Below are positions 17,013 to 25,990 of a DNA stretch of 32,398 bases, piece by piece (position 1 is the stretch's first letter; the number at the start of each line of letters is the position of its first letter). The notes under the pieces are model-generated. The model was not told the DNA's origin and searched no databases. It was given only the letters and a program-made list of their open reading frames with translations. A program made the position numbers and the translations under genes. Origin of the DNA: an uncultured Roseovarius sp. (GTDB taxonomy: Bacteria; Pseudomonadota; Alphaproteobacteria; Rhodobacterales; Rhodobacteraceae); the NCBI GenBank assembly GCA_913055965.1, contig CAJXKX010000001.1, positions 1-32,398 of the forward strand, read 5' to 3'.

Positions 17013-17987
17013 ATGGCGACACTCACGAAAAAGGACATCGGCGGTTTTCTCGCCCGGCAGGGCATCTTGCTGGCCTTTGCCCTGTTCATGATCGGGTTCA
17101 CGCTGGCCAATGGCCGGTTTCTCGATCCCGACAATGTCATGGGGGTGATCCGGTCCTCGGCCATCCTCGGGGTCATGGCGCTTGGCGTGACCTTCGTGGT
17201 GATCAGCGGCAATCTCGACCTGTCGGTCGGCTCGATGATGTCATTCTCCACCATCGTGGTGCTCGACCTGCATGACAAGCTTGGCCCGGCGCTGGCGATA
17301 CCGGCGATGTTCGCGATGACGCTCGCGCTCGGGGCGTTCATCGGGTTCCTCGTCGGATACCTCCGGCTCAACTCGCTGATCGTGACGCTGGGGATGCTGT
17401 CGGCCATTCACGGCCTGACCCTCACCTGGTCGGGCGGCAAGAACATGGATATCGCCGACAAGGCGGGCACATGGTTCGATGTCTTCGGGCGTGGCGAGGT
17501 GCTGGGCATCCCGGTGCCGATCCTGATGTTCCTGTTGCTGGCGGTCACGCTCGGCACGGCGCTGGCCAAGACACCCTTCGGGCGCAAGATCTATGCCGTG
17601 GGCGGCAACGGCACGGCGGCGACCTTCTCGGGCATTCCGCGCGCACGGGTCGTGTTCAGCTGTTATCTGGTCTCGGCCTTTTGCGTGGCCACCGCCGGGC
17701 TCTTGCAGGCCAGCCGTTCGATGGGCTCGCAGAATACCGTCGGGCAGGGGTTGGAGCTTGAAGTGCTCGCGGCCGTGATCCTCGGCGGGGCCTCGCTGAT
17801 GGGCGGATCGGGCACGATCTTCAAGACCGTGATCGGCGTGCTGATCCTCGGCTTCATCCAGAACGGGCTGCTGCTCGTCGGGCTGCCCTTCTATGTCCAG
17901 TATGTCGTGACCTGGGTCATCATCATCCTCGCCGTCTGGCTCGATATCGCGGCCAAGCGCGGCCGCCTCTGGTCCCCCATCGCGTGA
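17013..17987 (+). CDS. Sugar ABC transporter permease (RbsC-type)
   Basis: GVTFVVISGNLDLSVGS, TPFGRKIYAVGGN, LEVLAAVILGGASLMGG. Confidence 0.93.
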   Translation: MATLTKKDIGGFLARQGILLAFALFMIGFTLANGRFLDPDNVMGVIRSSAILGVMALGVTFVVISGNLDLSVGSMMSFSTIVVLDLHDKLGPALAIPAMFAMTLALGAFIGFLVGYLRLNSLIVTLGMLSAIHGLTLTWSGGKNMDIADKAGTWFDVFGRGEVLGIPVPILMFLLLAVTLGTALAKTPFGRKIYAVGGNGTAATFSGIPRARVVFSCYLVSAFCVATAGLLQASRSMGSQNTVGQGLELEVLAAVILGGASLMGGSGTIFKTVIGVLILGFIQNGLLLVGLPFYVQYVVTWVIIILAVWLDIAAKRGRLWSPIA

Positions 17988-18001
17988 ACAGGAGAACGGA
18001 A

Positions 18002-19003
18002 ATGACACCGGGCAAGCTCAGCACCTACCTGAAAAACGGCGCGATCTGGGGCTTTATCCTCCTCGAGCTGATCTTCTTCACCGTGGCGGGCCAGTTCCTG
18101 TCGCTCAGCGAAAACGCCTTCATGGACGCGGGCAACATGCTCTTGCTGTTCAAGCAGTCGGCGCCCATCGGCATCATCGCGATGGGCATGACGATTGTCA
18201 TGGTCAACGGCAATATCGACCTCAGCGTCGGGGCCACCTACGCGCTCAGTGCCGTCGTGCTGCTCGACGCGATGACATGGCCGGTCTTTGGCGGACTGGG
18301 CGATTGGGTGATCCCCGTGGCGTGCCTTCTGGCGGTGCTCACCGGCACCGTGCTGGGCGCGATCAACGGGCTGATCGTGTGGAAAACCGGGGTCGATGCC
18401 TTCATCGTCACGCTGGGCGCGATGCTGGGCTATCGCGGCCTCGTGTTCATGTATAACGGCGAACAGCCGACCAGCCATCTCAACTGGACGCTGGTGGATT
18501 TCGCCGAGGCGCAATTCCTCGGGCTGCACACCGCGACATGGGTTCTGCTGCTCGTCACGGCGGCGATCTGGTTTCTGATGAACAAGACCGTGCATGGCCG
18601 CAACGCCCATGCCATCGGCGACAATCGCGAGGCGGCGGTCAATGCGGGCATCCGGGTGGGGCCGCATATGATGATCAACTTCATGATCATCGGCGCTCTG
18701 GCGGCGCTCTCGGCGGTGGTGTTCTATGCCGAGACCGGCTCCGTCAACCCCAACGATGGCGAGCTGTACGAGCTTTGGGTGATCACGGCGGTGGTGCTGG
18801 GCGGCACCAAGCTCAGCGGCGGGGCGGGGTCGATCATTTCCACATTCGGCGGCGTGCTGGCGATCCAGCTTCTGCGCAAGGGGCTGGCGCATATCGGTGC
18901 CGACACCTCGACCGTCAATCTCGTGATCGGGCTGATCCTGATCGCGGTGCTGCTGCTCGACCGGCAGTTGAACGTCAAGGGCAAGGAGGCATTGAAGATA
19001 TGA
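18002..19003 (+). CDS. Sugar ABC transporter permease (RbsC-type)
   Basis: GMTIVMVNGNIDLSVGA, HGRNAHAIGDNREAA, ELWVITAVVLGGTKLSGG; AGGAG RBS. Confidence 0.93.
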   Translation: MTPGKLSTYLKNGAIWGFILLELIFFTVAGQFLSLSENAFMDAGNMLLLFKQSAPIGIIAMGMTIVMVNGNIDLSVGATYALSAVVLLDAMTWPVFGGLGDWVIPVACLLAVLTGTVLGAINGLIVWKTGVDAFIVTLGAMLGYRGLVFMYNGEQPTSHLNWTLVDFAEAQFLGLHTATWVLLLVTAAIWFLMNKTVHGRNAHAIGDNREAAVNAGIRVGPHMMINFMIIGALAALSAVVFYAETGSVNPNDGELYELWVITAVVLGGTKLSGGAGSIISTFGGVLAIQLLRKGLAHIGADTSTVNLVIGLILIAVLLLDRQLNVKGKEALKI

Positions 19004-20553
19004 CCACGCAAACCCCCGTTCTGCAGCTGGAAGGCATCGTCAAGACATTTCCCGGCGTGCGCGCGCTCGATGGTGTCTCGCTCGCCATCCTGCCCGGCGA
19101 AGTCCATGCCCTGATGGGCGAAAACGGTGCCGGGAAATCCACCCTGATGAAGGTGCTGGGCGGCATCCACCAGCCCGACGAGGGCCGCATCATCGTGGGC
19201 AAAGAGCCTGTGGCGATGTCCGGTCCGCTCGACGCCAAGGCCAAGGGCATCGTCTTCATTCACCAGGAACTCAGCCTCGCCGAAGAGCTGAGCGTCGCGG
19301 AAAACATCTATCTTGGTGAATTGCCGGAAAAGCGGTTCGGTCTGGTGGACTGGAACGAACTCTATGCCCGGACCAACCGGATCCTCGAAAAGCTCAAGGT
19401 CGGCTTCGATGCCCGCACCCGCGTCGGCGACCTGTCCATCGCCAATCAGCAGATGGTCGAGATCGCCCGCGCCCTGACCGTGGATGCCAAGGCGGTGATC
19501 TTCGACGAGCCGACAGCTTCGCTCACCGATGCCGAAAAGGTGGTGCTGTTCGACGTGATCGCGGATCTGCAATCGCATGGGGTGGGGATCATCTACATCT
19601 CGCACCGGATGGAGGAGATATTCAGGATCACCGACCGCATCAGCGTGCTGCGCGACGGGGAGTATCGCGGCACGCTGGTGACCGCCGAGACCGACGAGGA
19701 AGAGGTGACGCAACTCATGATCGGGCGCAGCCTCGATCTGAGCCGCAACGCCGTGCATCACGAGTTGGGCGAGGTCGCGCTCGAGGTGCGCAACCTGTCC
19801 TGCCACGGGCTGTTCGAGGATGTGAGCTTTGCCGTGCGCAGCGGCGAGGTGCTGGGGTTTTACGGCCTCGTCGGGGCCGGGCGCACAGAGATTGCCGAGA
19901 CGCTTTTCGGCCTGCGCGAGCCCTCTGCCGGGACCATTCACCTGAACGGCGAAAAGGTCCGTATCCATTCCCCCGCCGATGCCATCGCGCGTGGCATTTC
20001 CCTCGTCCCCGAGGACCGCAAGGCGCAAGGCCTGGTGCTGGGCATGAACTGTCGCGACAACATGACCCTGCCGCAGGTCGATGACCTCAAGGCCGGGCCC
20101 TTCGTGGCCGAAGGCTCGGAAATCGCGATCTTCGATCAATATCGCGACAAGCTCGATATCCGCACGCCGGGCTGGAAACAGGCGGTGGGCAATCTCTCGG
20201 GCGGCAATCAGCAGAAGATCGTGATCGGCAAATGGCTGGCGATGCGCCCCAGCGTGCTGATCGTGGACGAGCCCACGCGCGGCATCGACGTGGGCAGCAA
20301 ATCCGAGATCCACAACCTGATCCGCGATCTGGCGGCGCATGGCTACGCGGTGATCGTCATCAGCTCTGAAATGCCCGAGGTGCTGCATGTCTCGGATCGC
20401 ATCGTGGCGATGTATTCGGGCCGCGTGATGCAAACCTTCACCTCCGAAGAGGTCACCGAGGACAGCCTGATCCAGGCGATTTCCGGTCTCACTCCGGGGC
20501 AGGCACACCAGACCGACACGACCCAACTCTCCGAAGGTAAGGACATCCAATGA
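19000..20553 (+). CDS. Sugar ABC transporter ATP-binding protein (RbsA-type, two NBDs)
   Basis: GENGAGKST Walker A, FDEPT, YISHR; second domain LSGGNQQK, VDEPTRGIDVG; ATGA overlap with the permease. Confidence 0.95.
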   Translation: MTTQTPVLQLEGIVKTFPGVRALDGVSLAILPGEVHALMGENGAGKSTLMKVLGGIHQPDEGRIIVGKEPVAMSGPLDAKAKGIVFIHQELSLAEELSVAENIYLGELPEKRFGLVDWNELYARTNRILEKLKVGFDARTRVGDLSIANQQMVEIARALTVDAKAVIFDEPTASLTDAEKVVLFDVIADLQSHGVGIIYISHRMEEIFRITDRISVLRDGEYRGTLVTAETDEEEVTQLMIGRSLDLSRNAVHHELGEVALEVRNLSCHGLFEDVSFAVRSGEVLGFYGLVGAGRTEIAETLFGLREPSAGTIHLNGEKVRIHSPADAIARGISLVPEDRKAQGLVLGMNCRDNMTLPQVDDLKAGPFVAEGSEIAIFDQYRDKLDIRTPGWKQAVGNLSGGNQQKIVIGKWLAMRPSVLIVDEPTRGIDVGSKSEIHNLIRDLAAHGYAVIVISSEMPEVLHVSDRIVAMYSGRVMQTFTSEEVTEDSLIQAISGLTPGQAHQTDTTQLSEGKDIQ

Positions 20554-21407
20554 AACTTCTCCGACATGGTGCACCCGGGGCCGAAAAGCCGGGCCTGCTC
20601 GACACATCGGGGCGCGTGCGCGATCTCTCCGGCATCGTGCCCGATATCGCGGGAGAGGTGCTGCGCCCCGCCGGTCTGAACGCCCTTCAGTCGCTCGATA
20701 TCGACACGCTGCCCGTGGTCGGGGGCACCCCGCAGGATGATCTGCGGCTCGGCCCTTGCGTCGGCGGTATCGGCAAATTCGTCTGCATCGGTCTGAACTA
20801 TGCCGATCACGCCGCAGAGGCCGGCATGCCGATCCCCGAAGAGCCCATCATCTTCAACAAATGGACCTCGGCGGTCGTCGGTCCGAACGATCCGATCCAG
20901 ATCCCGCGCGGCTCGGTCAAGACCGACTGGGAGGTGGAACTCGGCGTCGTCATCGGCGAGCCGGGCGTCTATATCGACGAGGCGGACGCGATGAGCCATG
21001 TGGCGGGCCTGTGCGTGGTCAACGACGTCTCGGAACGCGAATTCCAGATCGAGCGCGCCGGCACATGGGACAAGGGCAAGGGCTGCGACACCTTCGGGCC
21101 GACGGGCCCCTGGCTCGTGACGCTGGACGAGATCGCCGATATCGACGCGCTCGACATGTGGCTCGACGTGGATGGCGCGCGGATGCAGACCGGATCGACC
21201 GCCACGCTGATCTTCAGGATCCCGCACCTCGTGTCCTATTGCAGCCGGTTCATGAGCCTGCAGCCGGGCGATATCATCTCGACCGGCACGCCACCGGGCG
21301 TGGGCATGGGCCAGTCGCCGCAGCGCTTCCTGCGCGGCGGCGAGGTCGTCACCCTCGGGATCGCGGGTCTGGGCCAGCAGAGATCGCAAGTCTTGCCCGC
21401 AGGCTGA
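20550..21407 (+). CDS. Fumarylacetoacetate-hydrolase-family protein (2,4-diketo-3-deoxy-acid hydrolase-like)
   Basis: MKLLRHGAPGAEKPG, CIGLNYADHAAE, KTDWEVELG, NDVSER, WDKGKGCDTFGP, GDIISTGTPPGVG. Confidence 0.92.
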   Translation: MKLLRHGAPGAEKPGLLDTSGRVRDLSGIVPDIAGEVLRPAGLNALQSLDIDTLPVVGGTPQDDLRLGPCVGGIGKFVCIGLNYADHAAEAGMPIPEEPIIFNKWTSAVVGPNDPIQIPRGSVKTDWEVELGVVIGEPGVYIDEADAMSHVAGLCVVNDVSEREFQIERAGTWDKGKGCDTFGPTGPWLVTLDEIADIDALDMWLDVDGARMQTGSTATLIFRIPHLVSYCSRFMSLQPGDIISTGTPPGVGMGQSPQRFLRGGEVVTLGIAGLGQQRSQVLPAG

Positions 21408-21489
21408 GAGTGGCGAAGCGACGCGCCGCCGCCCGCTTGCCCGGGCCGCTGCCGTGTCATCGGTGGGGTCAAGCTCTCAAAGGCGCGTG

Positions 21490-22578
21490 TCAGCCATCGA
21501 CTGCCGCGCGCATCCACCGTTGCAGATGCAGGATGGAATGCTCGGAATTGACCCCGCAGCCGGGATCGACGACCAGCGGACCGGGCACGTAGCCGCGTGA
21601 CCTCAACCCGCGCTGCACCGACTCGACCAGGTGGATATCTTCCTCGACCGTGGTCGCGCGATCCTGCTGGGCCATGCGGCGGACGGTCTCGTCGTCGTAG
21701 CCGCCCACGGAATACCAGCCGCGCCAGACCACGACGTGGCCCGCATCGACGGCGCGCCAATGGTAGGTGTTGAGCAGGTTGCCGGGATAAACCTGGAAGG
21801 AGAACATCGGCCAGAGGAACCATGACGAATATTTGTCATTGTTGGCAAAGCCGCTGTCGATGTCATAGGTCATCTGGCTCAGGTCGTTGCATTCCGTCGT
21901 GTGGCGCAGGCAATGGCCCTGCGGCTGGATATCGTAGGTTTCGGGACGGATCACGCCGGTGGCGAAGGTCGGGTGGTTCAGGCTGCAGTGATAGCATTCG
22001 GAATAATTCTCGACCGAGACTTTCCAGTTGCAATTTTCCGGGATCTCGACCCATTCCAGCGGCTTGAGATCGGCCCAATGCGGCACGAACTCTTCCAACT
22101 CGGTGCGGGCATTCGGGAACCAAGTGTCCATCGGATCGGCGTCCGGGTCGAGGTTGACGAAGACGAAGCCCAGAAAGACCTCGGTGCGCACTTCGGTCAG
22201 ACAGATTTTCGAGGCGTCGAAGCCGGGCACCGATTTGGCGTTGGGGGCGGCGCGCAAGCGTCCGGTCAGCTCATAGGTCCAGGCGTGATAGGGGCAGACC
22301 ACGACGCGGGTCGAGCCTTCGCCGCTGACAAGCTGATGCGCGCGGTGCTGGCAGACGTTGTAGAAGGTGCGGATGACGCCATCGCGCCCGCGGATCGCGA
22401 ACAGGCTCTCGTCGTTCAGGTCGAAGGCCACGTAGTCGCCCGCGTTCTCCAACTGGCTGGCGTGGCAGGCGAATTGCCATGTCCGGGCCAGAAGCCCGGT
22501 CTTCTCGACCTCGAAAATCTGCGGATCGGTGTAGTAGCGCGCGTCGAGTGACCGGACAGGCGCGGGCATGTCGTTCAT
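21490..22578 (-). CDS. Rieske non-heme iron oxygenase alpha subunit, CntA/YeaW (quaternary-amine oxygenase)-like
   Basis: Rieske motif CQH-x16-CPYH; mononuclear Fe site ENYSECYHCSLNH and EEDIHLVESVQRGLRSRGY...SEH. Confidence 0.9.
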   Translation of the reverse strand: MNDMPAPVRSLDARYYTDPQIFEVEKTGLLARTWQFACHASQLENAGDYVAFDLNDESLFAIRGRDGVIRTFYNVCQHRAHQLVSGEGSTRVVVCPYHAWTYELTGRLRAAPNAKSVPGFDASKICLTEVRTEVFLGFVFVNLDPDADPMDTWFPNARTELEEFVPHWADLKPLEWVEIPENCNWKVSVENYSECYHCSLNHPTFATGVIRPETYDIQPQGHCLRHTTECNDLSQMTYDIDSGFANNDKYSSWFLWPMFSFQVYPGNLLNTYHWRAVDAGHVVVWRGWYSVGGYDDETVRRMAQQDRATTVEEDIHLVESVQRGLRSRGYVPGPLVVDPGCGVNSEHSILHLQRWMRAAVDG

Positions 22579-23462
22579 TCCGGCTCCTCCATGTAGATGC
22601 CAAGCTGATGGCGGCGGCGGTGGAATTTCTCGACCCGGTCGACGATCTCGTCCGAGGCCACCGCGATCACGAAGCTGAGCAGCGTCTCCAGCAGGGCGAT
22701 GGTCGACACCGAGGACGGGAAGAATTGCGGCGTGTCCACGGCGACGACAAAGCCGTGATCGGCGGCGCGGATGATCGGGCTGGCGGGGCTGTCGCTCAGG
22801 CCGATGATGGTGAGGCCCTGTTCGCGGGCCACCTCGACGGCGGCCACGACCTCGGTGCGGTAGGGCCGCATGGACATGGCGATCAGAACATCGCGTTTGT
22901 CTGCCCAGGCCAGATCATCCGTGGGCGTCGAGCCGGGGCGGGGAATGGCGTGGAACTGCACCATGCCGGTGGAGGCGAGGTAGGTGAAGTTGCGCGCATT
23001 GGCGTTGTTCACGCCAACGCCCAAGGTAAAGACCTGCCGGCTGTTCCAGATCGCCTCGGCGGCGGATTTCAGCGCCTCGGCGTCGATCCCGGCGAATGTC
23101 TCTTCAAGGTTGCGGATCGCGCCTTCGGCCATGTCGGCATAGAGCCCGCCCAGATCGCCCGAGCGGCGGATATCCTGCAACCAGCGCGCGCGGTCGGGGA
23201 AGCTCACGGCCCCCTGCCGGATCGCCTCGCGGAAGGGCGCGCGGAAATCCTCGTAGCCGTCAAAGCCCACCTGCCGGGCCATGCGCACGAAGGTGTTGGG
23301 CTTCACGTTCGCTGCCTCGGCGATCTCTCGCACGGTGGAGACCCCCACGTCGTTGGGGTTCTCCAGCACGTAGCGTGCGGCCTTTTGCGCTTCGGGTGTC
23401 AGGGCGTCCCACTCTTCGGTGAGACGCTCCAGAACCCGCGATGATATATTTGTCCCATTCAT
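22575..23462 (-). CDS. RpiR/MurR-family transcriptional regulator (HTH + SIS)
   Basis: LTPEAQKAARYVLENP...TVREIAEAANVKPNTFVRMARQVGFDGYEDFR; SIS domain (DVLIAMSMRPY, IGLSDSPASPI). Confidence 0.93.
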   Translation of the reverse strand: MNGTNISSRVLERLTEEWDALTPEAQKAARYVLENPNDVGVSTVREIAEAANVKPNTFVRMARQVGFDGYEDFRAPFREAIRQGAVSFPDRARWLQDIRRSGDLGGLYADMAEGAIRNLEETFAGIDAEALKSAAEAIWNSRQVFTLGVGVNNANARNFTYLASTGMVQFHAIPRPGSTPTDDLAWADKRDVLIAMSMRPYRTEVVAAVEVAREQGLTIIGLSDSPASPIIRAADHGFVVAVDTPQFFPSSVSTIALLETLLSFVIAVASDEIVDRVEKFHRRRHQLGIYMEEPE

Positions 23463-23494
23463 GATTGACAGTGGTACACATGTCCCCATAGCCT
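23443..23494 (+). promoter_or_regulatory. Sigma70-like promoter for the flavoprotein operon, flanked by repeated candidate RpiR sites
   Basis: TTGACA at 23465-23470 with a possible -10 TAGCCT at 23489-23494; GATATATTTGTCC (23443-23455) and GGTACACATGTCC (23473-23485) flank the -35. Confidence 0.5.
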
Positions 23495-23533
23495 GTCCAC
23501 AAGTTTTGCGACTCCCGGACAAAGGAATCGACC

Positions 23534-25990
23534 ATGTCGGACAGAGAGTTTCCCGGCCACGCCCGCGTGGTCATCGTCGGCGGTGGCGTGATGGGGGTGG
23601 GCCTTGCCTATCACCTCGCGCACGAGGGCTGGGGACCGGAGGTGGTGCTGCTGGAAAAGGCCGAACTGACGAGCGGCAGCACCTGGCATGCGGCGGGGCA
23701 GATCACGCATTCCACCTCGTCCTTCAGCCTCGGGAAATGCGTGGATTACAACATCGGCCTCTATTCCGGCGGGCTCGAGGCCGAGACCGGGCAGGCGGTG
23801 ACGTGGCATGGCTGCGGGTCGTTCCGGCTGGCCTATACCGCGGACGAGATGGACTGGCTGCGCCACACGCTGTCGGTCGGGCGGTCGCTGGGCTTCAATA
23901 TCGAGCTGGTCGGGCCGGGGCGCATCGCCGAACTGCACCCGTTCTACAATCTCGACGGTGTATTGGGGGCTTTGCACACGCCCGATGATGGCCATGTCGA
24001 CCCGACGAATGTGACCATGGCCATGGCTGCGGGGGCGCGGGCGAGGGGTGTGCGGATCATCCGCCGCTCCCGGGCCACGAACATCACGCAGGCGGCCTCG
24101 GGCGAATGGCTGGTGGAGACCGAACAGGGGGCCATCCTTTGCGAGCATGTGGTCAACGCGGGCGGCACCTATGCGCGGCAGATGGGGGAATGGTCGGGCC
24201 TGCAACTGCCGATGACCTCGATGACGCATCATTATTTCGTCACCGACGAGGTGCCCGAGTTCCGCGAGCTGGAGCGCGAGTTGCCGGTGATCCGCGATGA
24301 CCGCAAGGTGTCGGGCTATATCCGGATGGAGCAGAAGAAGGGCCTGATCGGCATCTACGAGAAGACCAATCCCAACACGGTCTGGGAGGATCACTGCCCC
24401 TGGGAGGCCGAAAACGAGCTGTTCGCGGCGGATTATGACCGTGTCATGCCGTGGCTGGAGGAATCGCTCAACCGGATGCCGATTTTCGCGGAACTGGGCA
24501 TTAGCCGCGATGTGCACGGCGCGATTTCGCACCCGCCGGACGGCAATCCGCTGATCGGCCCGGCGCCGGGCGTGAGGAATTACTGGTGCTGCTGCGGTAC
24601 GCAGATCGGCATCGGCTGGGGGCCGGGGCTGACGCGCGAACTGGCGCGCTGGATGGTGCATGGCGCGGCGGATATATCGATGCGCGACTATGACCCGCGC
24701 CGGTTCGGCAGTTACGCCGACAAGGAGTGGCAGGTGGTGAAGGCCAAAGAGGATTACTGCCTGCGCCACGAGATTCCGTTTCCGCATTTCAACCGTCTGG
24801 CGGGGCGTCCGATCAAGCCGTCGCCTTTGTATGACACGCTCAAGGCCAAGGGCGCGGTGTTCGAGGAGGTCTATGGGTTCGAGCGCCCTCGCTGGTTCGC
24901 GCGGGATGGCGTGGCGCAGGAAGATCACTATGCGTTCCGCCGCACGGTGGTGGACGATATGGTGGCAGCCGAGGTCAAAGCGGTGCGCGAGCGCGTGGGC
25001 ATCATGGACGTGACCGCCTTTACCAAGGTGCTGGTCGAGGGGCCGGATGCCTATGCGCTGCTGGATCGGCTGACGGCGAACCGGATGCCGCAGAAGGTGG
25101 GGTCGATCACGCTCACGCATATGCTCAACCGTGGTGGCCGGATCGAGTTGGAAACCACCATCGTGCGGATGGCCGAGGATAGATTCTACCTCGTCTGCGC
25201 GGCGTTCTTCGAGCAGCGCTTGCTGGATCACCTGGCACAGCAGCGCGGCGACGAGGATACGACCGTGACGGCCCTTTCCGAGACATGGGGCGCTCTGTCG
25301 CTCAACGGCCCAAGGTCGCGCGAGGTGCTGGGTGCCTGCACCGAGGCGCGGCTGGACAATGCCGCCTTCCGCTGGCTGTCGGCGCGGGAAATCACTGTCG
25401 CGGGGCACAGCGTCTGGGCGTTCCGCATGTCTTATGCCGGGGAACTCGGCTGGGAATTGCACATGCCGTTTGACGCCATGGCGGATGTCTACGCGGCACT
25501 CTGGCAGGCGGGCGAGGCGTATGGCATCGCCGATTACGGCAGTTTCGCCATGAACGTGATGCGGATGGAAAAGGGCTTCAAGGGGGCAGGGGAGCTCACC
25601 AACGAGGTCACGCTGGCCGAGGCGGATGTGCTGCGCTTTGCCCGGACGGACAAGGCGTATCTGGGCCGCGACAGGACCCTGAACACCGATCTGCCCTGGG
25701 TCTGCGCTTATCTTGAGATCGAGCCCGACGGCGAGATCGACGGGCATGGCGGCGAGGCGGTGATGCTGGATGGCAGGGTCGTCGGCGCGACCGCGTCGGT
25801 CGCCTATGGCCATACCGTCGGCAAAATCCTCGCCTTCGCCTACGTCAAGCCGCAGGCGGCCCCCCCCGGGACCGCCCTCGAGGTGGTGATTCACGGCACG
25901 CCCCGCGCCGCCCGCGTGCTGGGCGCGCCGGCCTACGATCCCGAGAGCCTGAAGCCGCGCGCCGACACTGTCACGGAGCCCGCCGAATGA
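23534..25990 (+). CDS. Dimethylglycine/sarcosine-dehydrogenase-like flavoprotein (DAO + GcvT folate-binding domains)
   Basis: VVIVGGGVMG FAD motif, LTSGSTWHAAG (covalent-FAD His), GFERPRWF, AVRERVGIMDVTAF, RMSYAGELGWELH, MRMEKG. Confidence 0.93.
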   Translation: MSDREFPGHARVVIVGGGVMGVGLAYHLAHEGWGPEVVLLEKAELTSGSTWHAAGQITHSTSSFSLGKCVDYNIGLYSGGLEAETGQAVTWHGCGSFRLAYTADEMDWLRHTLSVGRSLGFNIELVGPGRIAELHPFYNLDGVLGALHTPDDGHVDPTNVTMAMAAGARARGVRIIRRSRATNITQAASGEWLVETEQGAILCEHVVNAGGTYARQMGEWSGLQLPMTSMTHHYFVTDEVPEFRELERELPVIRDDRKVSGYIRMEQKKGLIGIYEKTNPNTVWEDHCPWEAENELFAADYDRVMPWLEESLNRMPIFAELGISRDVHGAISHPPDGNPLIGPAPGVRNYWCCCGTQIGIGWGPGLTRELARWMVHGAADISMRDYDPRRFGSYADKEWQVVKAKEDYCLRHEIPFPHFNRLAGRPIKPSPLYDTLKAKGAVFEEVYGFERPRWFARDGVAQEDHYAFRRTVVDDMVAAEVKAVRERVGIMDVTAFTKVLVEGPDAYALLDRLTANRMPQKVGSITLTHMLNRGGRIELETTIVRMAEDRFYLVCAAFFEQRLLDHLAQQRGDEDTTVTALSETWGALSLNGPRSREVLGACTEARLDNAAFRWLSAREITVAGHSVWAFRMSYAGELGWELHMPFDAMADVYAALWQAGEAYGIADYGSFAMNVMRMEKGFKGAGELTNEVTLAEADVLRFARTDKAYLGRDRTLNTDLPWVCAYLEIEPDGEIDGHGGEAVMLDGRVVGATASVAYGHTVGKILAFAYVKPQAAPPGTALEVVIHGTPRAARVLGAPAYDPESLKPRADTVTEPAE

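Noticed and set aside
18724-20607. 627-aa minus-strand ORF, and similar long antisense ORFs such as 9013-10167, 11786-12976 and 15735-16958
   Set aside because: They mirror well-supported genes on the opposite strand.
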